The notes below the pieces were generated by a model, which saw only the letters and a program-made list of their open reading frames with translations, was not told the DNA's origin and ran no database searches. Made by a program: the position numbers and the translations under genes. Shown here piece after piece: positions 7,865-17,774 of a stretch of 64,000 bases of DNA (position 1 is the stretch's first letter; every line of letters starts with the position of its first letter). The stretch is from a virus (lineage: Duplodnaviria > Caudoviricetes). The stretch spans positions 1 through 64,000 of the IMG/VR virus record IMGVR_UViG_3300035208_005856. One strand, given 5' to 3'.

Positions 7865-10492
7865 ATGTTACCAGAAATGTATTATTTTCAAAAGCAAGCG
7901 GTAGACCTAAGTATGGAAAGAGTTACAACAACAGAAGAAAGAGATTTAATTAAAATACCAACTGGATGTGGTAAGACTAGGGTTCCGGCGGAGATCTATA
8001 AAAGGCTAAAACCGGACAATCCTACTTGTTTATTTACGGCCCATCGTGATTTTCTTCTGACACAGGCCGTTGGTGAGTTCAAGGCCGTTAATGACGGATT
8101 TAAGGACTACGGACTTTTTGATGCACATCACAAGCAAAACGACAGACCTTTTGTTTTTGGAATGAGGGATTCCCTACACCAAAATGCGTTAGAGAAATAT
8201 TTTAGCCGAGAAGCCTTTGACTTCTTATTTATAGACGAATGCTTTGTAGCTGGGACATTAATCAATAATAAACCAATTTTTAATATCAAAGTGGGTGATT
8301 TAGTTAAGTCTTATAATCATAAGACAAACAGAATAGAACTAAAAGAAGTTGAATATGTTTTTAAGAACAAAATAACAAATTTAATAGAAGTAGAATTTAA
8401 CATTGGAGATCCTATTTATTGCACCCCTAGTCACCCTTTTTGGGATGGTAATAAATACAAACCAATAAGTGAATTCAAGAGAGGAGAGTATGTCTATATC
8501 GAAAAAAATATTACATTTAACATGCCAAAATTGTGGAAAAGAAGTTATATGCCAAAGCATTGCTTCTGGCTCTCCGCATTATTCTTCCTTGATACAGTAT
8601 CGAACTACTGGAAGGGTTTATTGCTCAGAGGAATGTGTAAAACAGTATACAAAAAAAATCAGCTCAAAAACAATGAGCAAAACAAATCTAAAACGAAGGG
8701 ATATAATCTCACAAAGAATGAAAGAATCAAATCCAATGGCGAAAGAAGAGATAAGAATGAAAAGCTCGGAGACGCTAAAGAGGATAGGCCACAAACCCAA
8801 AATACGGGGTGGAAACGGAAAACCAATGTCTGTCCCACAATCTTTGTTGTACGAGAGATTAAAAAAAGAGTATCTAGGTTGGCAAGCAGAATTGGTAATA
8901 CCTACAAATATATGGAGAAATGGATATCCAACAAATTACAAAATAGATATTGGGAATACCTCTTTAATGATAGGGATAGAAGTGGACGGGGCAAGTCATT
9001 ATTCATTAAAGAGAAAAGAGCAGGACTTAAAAAAAGAAAAATTATTAATACCAAAAGGGTGGACGATATTGAGATTCAAGAACAAAGAAATAGAGGACGA
9101 TCTGGAGAAATGTTTTCAGATGGTTATGTCTATAATATCCAAGTGAAGGATAACAATAATTATTTCGCTAATGGTATTCTGGTACATAATTGCCACCATG
9201 CGCATACTGAATCTAAATTATATTCTGGTATATTAAACTACTTTAACAAAGCCAAAGTATATGGCTATACCGCAACTCCATATACAAACAGGGGTAGTTT
9301 ATCAGAATTATGGAATGTATTGCTAACAGTCCAGTACAGGGATATGATTAGGCAAGGGTTTTTGTGTCCCGCTGCTGTTATTAGGCTCAAAACTAATTGT
9401 GACCTGAGCGAGGTGCGTAAATCTGATACGTCCGAGGATGGATTTAACAAAAAAGATCTTGAAAAAATTATAAACGTACATAAACGTAATAAGTTAGTAG
9501 TAGAAGCCTATAACCAGTATCTTAATGGTAAAACGTGTATAGTATACGCCCTGAATAAAGAGCATGCAACTAATCTAGCAAAAGAGTTTAACGACTCTGG
9601 TGTTAAGGCAGAATTAATATTAGAAGACACTCCACAAGAGTTAAGGAATAGTATTAGGGATAGGTTAGATAATAAACAAACCCTTGTGGTTATTAACTGT
9701 ACTATATTAACAGAGGGGTTTAATGTCCCTAATCTTCAATCAATATTAATAGCAAGACCAATAGGATCACTTACCTTGTTATTACAAATAGTAGGTAGGG
9801 TGTTAAGAAAGCATATAACTAAGGATTTTGCTAGAATCCTGTTTATTGCCGATAAGCCTGGAAAACATAAATTATTTTTCATTAAGGATATAGATGACGG
9901 GATTCCAGAGATGGACGCCGAAGTTGATGAAGAACGAAAAGCTAGAGTTTTAAGCGAAGAGATTGAAAACAAATGGTTAACCGTAATTAAAGACGCAAAA
10001 ATAATTGAAGTAGTGCACGAGGATATCTTCAGGGGCGAAAAGTATATATGGGTGAAGGACACCAATACGGGTATATTTACAACAACAATTGACAAAAACA
10101 GAAAAGCCACGCTTAGACAAAATACAAACGGATCGTTTGTGGCTGAGTACCATGAGATTATTGACGTACTGGAAGATATTGAATGGGCACAATCAAGAGC
10201 CGAAAGCTACTTGTCAACTAACTTACCTTATACAATGGACAAGATAGAAAAAGACACTCTAAAGGGTAAAAAAACAAGATCTGATACTATAAGTAGAAAA
10301 CAATTATTGTCACTCGCAAGCCATTTTAATTTAGACGAAGGAAGTATTAGATTTCTAACCATAGGCCAAGCTGGCAAACTAATGGCAATTATGAAAAACA
10401 AAGGAATTCCTTTTTGGCAGAAAAAGAAAAAAGCTAAGGAGCTTATAGACGAGTGGCGAGTTATTTATAACGAAAACCTGCCATTAAAATAA
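7865..10492 (+). CDS. SF2 DExH-box helicase (ResIII/RadD-like) containing an intein
   Basis: Walker A IPTGCGKT, DE|CHH split by the intein, TATP, LTEGFNVP, QIVGRVLR. Spliced product is 558 aa. Confidence 0.92.
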   Translation: MLPEMYYFQKQAVDLSMERVTTTEERDLIKIPTGCGKTRVPAEIYKRLKPDNPTCLFTAHRDFLLTQAVGEFKAVNDGFKDYGLFDAHHKQNDRPFVFGMRDSLHQNALEKYFSREAFDFLFIDECFVAGTLINNKPIFNIKVGDLVKSYNHKTNRIELKEVEYVFKNKITNLIEVEFNIGDPIYCTPSHPFWDGNKYKPISEFKRGEYVYIEKNITFNMPKLWKRSYMPKHCFWLSALFFLDTVSNYWKGLLLRGMCKTVYKKNQLKNNEQNKSKTKGYNLTKNERIKSNGERRDKNEKLGDAKEDRPQTQNTGWKRKTNVCPTIFVVREIKKRVSRLASRIGNTYKYMEKWISNKLQNRYWEYLFNDRDRSGRGKSLFIKEKRAGLKKRKIINTKRVDDIEIQEQRNRGRSGEMFSDGYVYNIQVKDNNNYFANGILVHNCHHAHTESKLYSGILNYFNKAKVYGYTATPYTNRGSLSELWNVLLTVQYRDMIRQGFLCPAAVIRLKTNCDLSEVRKSDTSEDGFNKKDLEKIINVHKRNKLVVEAYNQYLNGKTCIVYALNKEHATNLAKEFNDSGVKAELILEDTPQELRNSIRDRLDNKQTLVVINCTILTEGFNVPNLQSILIARPIGSLTLLLQIVGRVLRKHITKDFARILFIADKPGKHKLFFIKDIDDGIPEMDAEVDEERKARVLSEEIENKWLTVIKDAKIIEVVHEDIFRGEKYIWVKDTNTGIFTTTIDKNRKATLRQNTNGSFVAEYHEIIDVLEDIEWAQSRAESYLSTNLPYTMDKIEKDTLKGKKTRSDTISRKQLLSLASHFNLDEGSIRFLTIGQAGKLMAIMKNKGIPFWQKKKKAKELIDEWRVIYNENLPLK
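8240..9190 (+). mobile_element. Intein (317 aa) inserted in the helicase DExH motif
   Basis: Begins CFVAGTLI (block A), has block B CTPSHPF and ends VYNIQVKDNNNYFANGILVHN followed by +1 Cys. Excision restores FIDECHH. Confidence 0.95.
8490..9146 (+). CDS. DUF559/Vsr-like PD-(D/E)xK endonuclease with N-terminal Zn finger, encoded in the +1 frame inside the intein
   Basis: ATG 8490 preceded by GAGGAG (alternative GTG at 8469); CQNCG...YCSEEC; YKIDIG...IEVDGASH...QDLKKEKLL..KGWTILRFKN. Confidence 0.85.
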   Translation: MSISKKILHLTCQNCGKEVICQSIASGSPHYSSLIQYRTTGRVYCSEECVKQYTKKISSKTMSKTNLKRRDIISQRMKESNPMAKEEIRMKSSETLKRIGHKPKIRGGNGKPMSVPQSLLYERLKKEYLGWQAELVIPTNIWRNGYPTNYKIDIGNTSLMIGIEVDGASHYSLKRKEQDLKKEKLLIPKGWTILRFKNKEIEDDLEKCFQMVMSIISK

Positions 10493-10565
10493 TTACAAAA
10501 ATTAATAAATACTAGCAATAAAAGCATATATGGGGTAAAATAAAAAAAGGATTGGGGACTGGGCT

Positions 10566-10982
10566 TTGGAATATCAAAAAAGGGTTGATGATATTAAAAA
10601 TCTAAAGATAGTCATCGAGGCTATCAGGGTTGTTATTTTGAGAAAAATAGTCTGGCAACTATCTGACTCAAGGCTCAAAAACGCAATAGAACAGATACTA
10701 GAAGAGACTATTAAAAAAATAGTTATCGAGATAGAGAGGAAACAATATCTCTTTAAACTAAGTCCCTTAATTGCTATCGCAGAGTCCAGGGATGGTCTCT
10801 TAAAGCCAAGCTGGATACAAAAGGAGCTGGGATGTTCAAAGACGGACAGTAACTCAATTATTAAAATTCTAATAAATTCAGGGGTTCTAGAGAAGGCCGA
10901 AGATGGCTGGAGTAGGCTAAAGCACGGATATAAAGAAAAAGTAATATATTTTAAAGAAGAGTTTTGCGAGACAGGGGAGTAG
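10566..10982 (+). CDS. Hypothetical protein with C-terminal winged-helix
   Basis: PSWIQKELGCSKTDSNSIIKILINSGVLEK is a wHTH-like pattern. Confidence 0.45.
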   Translation: MEYQKRVDDIKNLKIVIEAIRVVILRKIVWQLSDSRLKNAIEQILEETIKKIVIEIERKQYLFKLSPLIAIAESRDGLLKPSWIQKELGCSKTDSNSIIKILINSGVLEKAEDGWSRLKHGYKEKVIYFKEEFCETGE

Positions 10983-12076
10983 GGAAATGCTTACACAATG
11001 TTATACCCCAGAACCGGGGTTTGATTTTAGTCAAGATCTATCGGAGTTCGGACTTCTTCAGTTAGTATCTGGATATGGACCTATTGTTTTCAGAGAGATG
11101 GAAACATTTCCTGATACCAAGGGGCAAGAGGAAGCTAAAAAGTTAGGTCTTAAACCATTGGTCATAGCCTATGACCAATTTATTTACTTGATAACTAAAT
11201 TGGCTATAGGCCATGGCAGTTATAAGTTAATAACTATAAATAATCAGGAACTAGCTCAATATTCTCTTAATAATCTACCTTCTCAAGTGTCTATAATTAC
11301 TATTCAAGATATAGAAACAGAGACTTTATTCTCGGTTATCGAGTCAGGAATAATTATAAAAGACAATAAAGACCGAGGATATTTTAACGAAATAAGAATA
11401 CTAGGAGAATTACTGGCTTATGACGGTGGCAAATTACAGTAGGATACTGACAATAGAGCAGGCAGCTACTATTGACTTGGGCGATATTTCAACTGAAATA
11501 TTGTATGGATTTCAGCATATTGCTACTGGAATTTTTCAAGTGAAACTGTATAGTTACGATGATCCTAATTTATTCCAAGAGGCCACTAGGATATATTTTA
11601 AGGACGGACTGACATGGGATTTTATAGAGTTCTTATTAAAGAGAAGGGATAAAGATATAGTGGAGCTCGAAAAGTGTTATAGGCATGAGATTAAAGACTC
11701 AGATGATAACTTAATAGGTCAATTAGTTAGGAACTTTATAGACGTAAAAGGAGTATAATAGTGATTGGAGCTAGTTTAGTTTTAGCTACTGCCTTGGTTT
11801 TTGGGGAAGTGCTAACAAAGCCATCAGGGAAAGAAGCAGCAAAGCCTATTCCTATAGGAATAGGAGATTATACTACATTTAAAGATATAAGGGACAATTA
11901 TTCCGTTCCAACTTCTCCAGAAGAACTACTACCAAGATCTGTTGTGATCCGAGCCGATGCAAGATTTTATTTTTGTCCAGATAAAGACATTAACGACGAG
12001 TCAAAAGCTCAATGTATTAAGATAGAGGTTACGGCAGTTGATGCAAAAAAAGACCGATAGAAAGGTTGGGGAGTAA

Positions 12077-13429
12077 ATGGATAGTAAAAAATACGAAGCT
12101 TTTAAAAAATGGTATTTAGCTAAAGACAAAAAATACAATGGATTGGGATTTGATAAGACAAGGAAGTTATTGGCTGGCAATAAAGATCCTATGTTACGTA
12201 ACCTACTGACTAACGAACTTAAAATTTTTATCTCCGCAATAAAAGCGGAGAAAAATCAAGAGGTTGCGGAGAAAAAAGAAAAACAAGAACAGTTCGAGGC
12301 CGAGAAAAAAGAAAAGGAAGAAGCAAAGGCCTTAAAAAATATTAACATAAATACGATAACTAAAAATCTTGAGACAGAAGATTTAAGTCTTGAAGGTAAA
12401 AAGATAATATCTCTGCAAGAAGAAAATAAGTTGCTTGATAAAAAAATTAAGAATTTGGCCAAAGACGTAAGTTTAAGCGATAAACTTATTCAGGTACTAG
12501 AAGACAAAATAGAAGCCATTCCGTTCACAAGAAGTATAGCCCCAGTTCTAAAAGAAAACAAGAAAGGAAAATCAGAAGCTCTTGTTTTAAGTCTTGCAGA
12601 TTTGCATTGTGGAGAGAATGTAATAGGAACCGAGATCTATAATTTTAACGAATATAATGTTGAAATACTCAAGCAGCGGATAAACAATATATATCAAAGC
12701 CTGTATAGTATAGTTGCTAACAAGTTAAAAGACTACGCTAAATTTGATATTATGTACATAGTATTACTTGGTGATATGGTGCCGGGACTTATTCATGAGG
12801 AATTAATTCATTATAGCGATCCACTTGCTACGTCAATTTTGGATGCCTCTAATATATTGGCTGAACTGATTGTAAGAATTGCTACCGAATTATTTCCAGG
12901 AAAAATTAAAGTTATATGCGTCAGTGGCAACCATGGCAGAACTACAGCGAAACCAGCAAACAAAGCCTACTGGAATAATTTTGACACCGTAGTATATCAC
13001 CATATTAAAGCACTGTGTTTAAATTATAAAAACATAGAATTTATAATAGAAAAAGCGTATGGCCATATTGAAACGATCAAAGGGCATGATATTTGTTTTG
13101 AGCATGGAGACCAAAAAGTTGCTACGTTTGCCAATATCCCAATATATGCTTTATTGCGCAAGGTTACTACCATGTCATCAATGCATACTAAAAAGAATGG
13201 AAGAAGACTTAGAATGTACGTACAAGGTCATTTACATACATATATAGACATGGAAAGTACTTCCGTAGATCATATAATGGTTTGTCCGTCTATGGTAGGG
13301 AATAGTGAGTTAAGCGTCAGAATGGGATTTGACTCACGAGCAGGGGCCTTACTGTTTGGGATACATCCTACGTATGTTAAAAGTTTTGGATATAGGCTGT
13401 TAGCTGATAAACCGGGAGCAATAGAATGA
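12077..13429 (+). CDS. Calcineurin-like metallophosphoesterase with N-terminal coiled coil
   Basis: ADLHCGE, LGDM, SGNHGR, HGD and GHLH motifs. Confidence 0.85.
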   Translation: MDSKKYEAFKKWYLAKDKKYNGLGFDKTRKLLAGNKDPMLRNLLTNELKIFISAIKAEKNQEVAEKKEKQEQFEAEKKEKEEAKALKNININTITKNLETEDLSLEGKKIISLQEENKLLDKKIKNLAKDVSLSDKLIQVLEDKIEAIPFTRSIAPVLKENKKGKSEALVLSLADLHCGENVIGTEIYNFNEYNVEILKQRINNIYQSLYSIVANKLKDYAKFDIMYIVLLGDMVPGLIHEELIHYSDPLATSILDASNILAELIVRIATELFPGKIKVICVSGNHGRTTAKPANKAYWNNFDTVVYHHIKALCLNYKNIEFIIEKAYGHIETIKGHDICFEHGDQKVATFANIPIYALLRKVTTMSSMHTKKNGRRLRMYVQGHLHTYIDMESTSVDHIMVCPSMVGNSELSVRMGFDSRAGALLFGIHPTYVKSFGYRLLADKPGAIE

Positions 13430-14052
13430 AAATAAATATCCAGCTATCGAATGTTTGCCTTTTGGCATGCGATAAAGATAATTCTGTGTGTGGGTTTCCG
13501 TGCTGCAAAACTAGCGTTGAATTAGATAGAGTAAAGCTATTTAGCTTTTTAAAAACACTAAAAGAATTCTTAAAGGCAATCCCAAAAAAAGAAGCATTGG
13601 TAATTAACGTTATTGGCGGAGACGCACTTACTGTGGAGTGGTTTGGATACACTCGCATTATTTTATCTGAGCTAAAGAAGATGACGGTAATTAGTCCTGA
13701 GATAAACATTTTTACCACTGGGTTGTACGATAGAGCGGTGCTGGATTCAAATTTTAAACCGTATTATGTTGTTAATTATGCTTGTGAGCTTTATCATCAA
13801 TTTTGTTCCCTAACTAATACGATTTATTTTTATCCTGTACCCGTTGAAAATAAATTTCTAACAGATCTTGTTATCAATATGACCAATAATATACCTCGTT
13901 CTAGAATGATAACAGATGAAGAACTTAAGGAGGTACAAAAGACTCCTTTTGTAAACATGGACGGTGATATGCTAGTTGAGGGCAAAACTGTTGGCAATAT
14001 CCAGCAAATAGATTGGCGCAAGGCCAAAAAATATTTTAAGACGGAGGACTAG
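13426..14052 (+). CDS. Degenerate radical-SAM-like protein
   Basis: N-terminal NVCLLAC...C, GGD and FTTG positions resemble radical SAM motifs, but the Cys spacing is non-canonical. Confidence 0.3.
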   Translation: MKINIQLSNVCLLACDKDNSVCGFPCCKTSVELDRVKLFSFLKTLKEFLKAIPKKEALVINVIGGDALTVEWFGYTRIILSELKKMTVISPEINIFTTGLYDRAVLDSNFKPYYVVNYACELYHQFCSLTNTIYFYPVPVENKFLTDLVINMTNNIPRSRMITDEELKEVQKTPFVNMDGDMLVEGKTVGNIQQIDWRKAKKYFKTED

Positions 14053-14055
14053 GGC

Positions 14056-14637
14056 ATGAAAATAATAGCAAGTTTAGGTTGCATAGGATCGGGGAAGGAT
14101 TACCATCAAGGTGAATTAGTGGTTCAAGGCTATAAGGCTATGAATATAGCTGATGTCATAAGACAAGGCCTTTTTACTATATTGGGGTATTGGCCTAAAA
14201 CTGGCAAAGAGTACGAAGACTTTAAAATTGCGTCTGTGGCTATTGTCCTTGAGGGAAGATGGATTAAGTCATCTTTTGGCAGACAACTTCTTCAGAATTT
14301 TGGGTCTTGGTTATGTAAAGACGATCCTGAATTCTTGGTTAAAAAGTGGGCAATGCCCATAATTAAGGACCAAGCAGAAGACTTAATATCTGTTAATGAC
14401 GTTCGTAAAATAGAAGAAGTTTTGTATATTAATAAAGTTGCGGAAGAAAATGATATCGAGCTTGAATATGTCTATAACCGATACCCTAGTCCTCGTCTAA
14501 ATATTACAAATACACATTATACAGAGAAGTTGGCTCAGTTTTTATACCACTTGGGAGTAGAACACCGACAAAAGTTTACAGCCGGTGAGTTAATAACACT
14601 GCTAAAAGAAAATAATTATCCTTATACTTTTGAATAA
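14056..14637 (+). CDS. Deoxynucleoside monophosphate kinase (T4 gp1-like)
   Basis: GCIGSGKD P-loop, IADVIR, RQLLQNFG, NDVR..EE. Confidence 0.8.
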   Translation: MKIIASLGCIGSGKDYHQGELVVQGYKAMNIADVIRQGLFTILGYWPKTGKEYEDFKIASVAIVLEGRWIKSSFGRQLLQNFGSWLCKDDPEFLVKKWAMPIIKDQAEDLISVNDVRKIEEVLYINKVAEENDIELEYVYNRYPSPRLNITNTHYTEKLAQFLYHLGVEHRQKFTAGELITLLKENNYPYTFE

Positions 14638-14658
14638 AAACAAGTAATAGGTAATAAA

Positions 14659-15282
14659 ATGATAAAAACTTCGGACTTTAAATATATACATTTAGTCCAT
14701 GGCAATGGTTGCGGAAAAAGTAGATATGCATTTGGTACTGCAATGAGGGCAATAGACTTAGGTCCTATTTATATTGCTCAGTTCATTAAGGGAAGTAAGA
14801 AGCTGGCTGATGGTGGAGTTAATTCCCTTAAAAAGCTTGGAGTAGTAGCACACTCTTTTGGCAATGATAAAATAGTAATACCAAATAACGTTGATCAAGA
14901 TGACGTTGAACTTGCGACCAAAGGCTTTGAAACTGCTGTTAAATACTACCAAAAAAATAAGCCATTAGTTTTTATTCTAGATGAAATCAATCCGGCATTA
15001 AATTTGGGGCTTATAAATTATAATGATTTTAGTGAGCTAATAACTGAGATAAAAGGTCAGTGTGAAATCATATTAACCGGTAGGCTTTGGGATATGGATT
15101 TAATCTATAAACTAAAGATCATAGCAGATTATGATATGGAAATAAAACCCGGCAAGCATCCTTTCAATACTAGATGTCCAAAATGTGGGTGCGAGGATGT
15201 TTATTACGCTCTTAATTGTCGTTTTTGCAAGGATACTGCAATGATAACGAGCCTAAAGGCCAGACGGGGTATTGAATTTTAA
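14659..15282 (+). CDS. cobO: Cob(I)alamin adenosyltransferase CobO/BtuR-like, with inserted Zn ribbon
   Basis: GNGCGKS, QFIKG, ILDEI, IILTGR, KHPF and terminal ARRGIEF. Confidence 0.8.
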   Translation: MIKTSDFKYIHLVHGNGCGKSRYAFGTAMRAIDLGPIYIAQFIKGSKKLADGGVNSLKKLGVVAHSFGNDKIVIPNNVDQDDVELATKGFETAVKYYQKNKPLVFILDEINPALNLGLINYNDFSELITEIKGQCEIILTGRLWDMDLIYKLKIIADYDMEIKPGKHPFNTRCPKCGCEDVYYALNCRFCKDTAMITSLKARRGIEF

Positions 15283-15449
15283 TGACAGACCAGTTTAAGT
15301 ACTTAAAAACAAGTTCTATTCTAAATGACCAGCAGCTTGCTGGCAATATTATTATTAGCTCAGTAGTTGGCTCGTCTCATTTAGAGGGGATAGAGTTAAA
15401 AGAAAATCAGGTAAGACAATGGATAGAGGAAGACAGAGGTAATTTATGA
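15282..15449 (+). CDS. 55-aa peptide with Fic-antitoxin (VbhA-like) SxxxEG motif
   Basis: Manual translation MTDQFKYLKTSSILNDQQLAGNIIISSVVGSSHLEGIELKENQVRQWIEEDRGNL; TAATG and ATGA coupling at the two ends. Confidence 0.45.
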   Translation: MTDQFKYLKTSSILNDQQLAGNIIISSVVGSSHLEGIELKENQVRQWIEEDRGNL

Positions 15450-16126
15450 AACTAAAAGATCTCAAAAGAGCTTTTTTCCAAGAGCTTAGAAAGAGAATTG
15501 AGGTTATTGGAGAAGACCCACTAGTTAATCTAAAGACAATAGCTAACCTACAAGATACTCTTCGTTTTATAGACAAAGCAGTTACTTGCATACATAAAAT
15601 AAATCCTAACGATAAAATCTTTATAGAGCTTGACCCAAATAATAGCTATGGGATTAAGGTGGTTGATAACCAAGTAATAGTTATTGGAGTTAAGGACGTT
15701 GATTTTTTACTGTCTTTTGACGGTGAAATAAAACTGCAATCAAATTATTTGCAAACTACGTCTATTGATAGAATTATTATGGACCTTGCTCTAAAAAAAG
15801 AAGAACATATAGAAAACACAGAGGTTCCAGACGAAGAAGTTATTGCCTTGGGTTTTATTCAATATCTAGAAAAATCAGTTCCCAGATTTAATTTAAAAGA
15901 TATTTATAATCATAAAATTCCATACAAAGATGTTATTGAATTATGCAAAATGGGTGCTGAGTTATACAAACAAGGTAAACACGATTCTGCGAGTATAGTT
16001 ACCATGGCAGAGCTATTAACAGGATGTACTTTAAATAGAGACGGAATAGCGGACAAACTTAAAGCTGCTGTCTGTGATATTAAACAATTGGAGGATTCAT
16101 TTGACGAAATAGATATACCATTTTAA
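15446..16126 (+). CDS. Hypothetical protein
   Basis: 226-aa ORF with an acidic C-terminal tail (DEIDIPF) reminiscent of SSB-type tails. Confidence 0.55.
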   Translation: MKLKDLKRAFFQELRKRIEVIGEDPLVNLKTIANLQDTLRFIDKAVTCIHKINPNDKIFIELDPNNSYGIKVVDNQVIVIGVKDVDFLLSFDGEIKLQSNYLQTTSIDRIIMDLALKKEEHIENTEVPDEEVIALGFIQYLEKSVPRFNLKDIYNHKIPYKDVIELCKMGAELYKQGKHDSASIVTMAELLTGCTLNRDGIADKLKAAVCDIKQLEDSFDEIDIPF

Positions 16127-16145
16127 GGCAGGAAGGGGATAAATA

Positions 16146-16823
16146 ATGCTTAACGTAAAATTATTAGACTATTCGGACGATCCTATTAATTTAATCTATA
16201 CCGCCGCTCGAACATGTTACAGTAATGAACTGCCAGAGAATATTTGGAGTAATGATTTAAATACAAACAAAAAGCTTGAGTTAATAACTAAAGTTATAGG
16301 ATTTGGGCACCTAGGGATACTTGAACATGTTTATTTAAATTTTTCTGCATCAGGAATCTCTCGTTGCCTGAGCCATCAAGCATGTCGTCATAGGCTTGTT
16401 TCTTACGAACAAAAAAGTCAAAGATATTGCAACGAGAGGTTTTTCGACTTCGTAACTCCTACTAGTATTGGTCAATCTGAGTTTGTAGATGAATACAAAA
16501 AAATAATGTCAGACATAGGTGACTTTTATGCGAGGATGACTAAGGCATGTATTCCGGGAGAAGATGCTAGATTTATATTACCTAACGCATGTTGTACATC
16601 ATTTGTCATGTCTATGAACTTAAGAGAATTTCTTTATGTACATGGCCTAAGATCATGTTCTAAAGCGCAGTGGGAGATAAGGGAGTTATTTGCTCAGGCT
16701 AAGGCCCAAGTTCTTTCAAAGAGTCACCTTGAGTGGCTGGCTCCGTATTTAGAACCAAAGTGTATAGCGGCTGGAAGATGCACAGAGAAAGACAGTTGTG
16801 GTTATTTTAAACAAGGAGGTTAA
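16146..16823 (+). CDS. thyX: FAD-dependent thymidylate synthase
   Basis: RHRLVSYEQKSQRY ThyX motif, GH..ILEH, EDARFILP, AQWEIR. Confidence 0.95.
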   Translation: MLNVKLLDYSDDPINLIYTAARTCYSNELPENIWSNDLNTNKKLELITKVIGFGHLGILEHVYLNFSASGISRCLSHQACRHRLVSYEQKSQRYCNERFFDFVTPTSIGQSEFVDEYKKIMSDIGDFYARMTKACIPGEDARFILPNACCTSFVMSMNLREFLYVHGLRSCSKAQWEIRELFAQAKAQVLSKSHLEWLAPYLEPKCIAAGRCTEKDSCGYFKQGG

Positions 16824-16825
16824 TT

Positions 16826-17527
16826 ATGTACATTGCGATTGAGGGGCCTGACCATTGCGGGAAAAGTACTCAATGTAAATTAGTAAGTGCGGCGCTTACT
16901 GCGTCTGGGATTAAAAATAGAGTTATAAGAGAACCTGGGAGTACTCAGCTTGGAGACAAAATAAGAGAAGCGTTATTAGATCCCTATGTTCCTATTGACC
17001 CACTAACTGAATTATTACTATTCATGGCTAACAGAAGGCAAATAGAAGTTCAGTTTATAGCCGACCATGATCCTTATGAAGTTATAATAAGTGATCGTTG
17101 CTTTATATCGTCTGTAGTTTATCAGCTTCTTTATAAAGAAGTAGCCAAACTAATATATCCAAAAGAATACAGTCTTCAGCAGATATTAGAACAGTATATA
17201 GATTTACACAAAAGGTTTTGTAGTCAGCGGTATGACGAATTTGGTATTCCTGATATGTTTATCTACCTCGAAACACATGAGGATGTGATAATAGATTTTA
17301 AATCTCAAAAAGAGGAAATAGATAGGATGGACAACGAAGACTCCAAGACTCTTATTAAATTATATGATGATGTATTTGGCATGCTTAAAAAGTTTGACCA
17401 CACAACGGTAATAAACATAGATACGGTTGAAGAAAAACAAAAAGCAGTAGATGACACAGCTATTGTACATAGGAAGGAGATGGCTATAACAAAAGATATA
17501 ATGTTAGCTATTCTAAAACGATATTAA
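16826..17527 (+). CDS. tmk: Thymidylate kinase
   Basis: IEGPDHCGKST, REPG, LLFMANR, ISDR..ISS..YQ. Confidence 0.92.
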   Translation: MYIAIEGPDHCGKSTQCKLVSAALTASGIKNRVIREPGSTQLGDKIREALLDPYVPIDPLTELLLFMANRRQIEVQFIADHDPYEVIISDRCFISSVVYQLLYKEVAKLIYPKEYSLQQILEQYIDLHKRFCSQRYDEFGIPDMFIYLETHEDVIIDFKSQKEEIDRMDNEDSKTLIKLYDDVFGMLKKFDHTTVINIDTVEEKQKAVDDTAIVHRKEMAITKDIMLAILKRY

Positions 17528-17774
17528 AGGCCGTAAATGACTTTTGAGCAGAGAGAAAAAGCAAGAAAAATACTTTTAGAGCGTCTTCTCCAGTGGGTTG
17601 ACGTTAGTATTGAAATTAAAATTATTGAGAACGGAAATGATAGATTCATAAGGAAAGCATGGAATAGGCCAAGAAGACTTTGTTACGAACTATGTAAACT
17701 TTTTGTCAATACCGATAAGCTCATGGATAGTTTAAGGGTCAGGCAAGATATACTAAAGTCGCTTAAGAGAAAAT

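Noticed and set aside
13426-14052. Functional radical SAM enzyme
   Set aside because: No CxxxCxxC spacing and too short for a full barrel; reported only as degenerate with low confidence.
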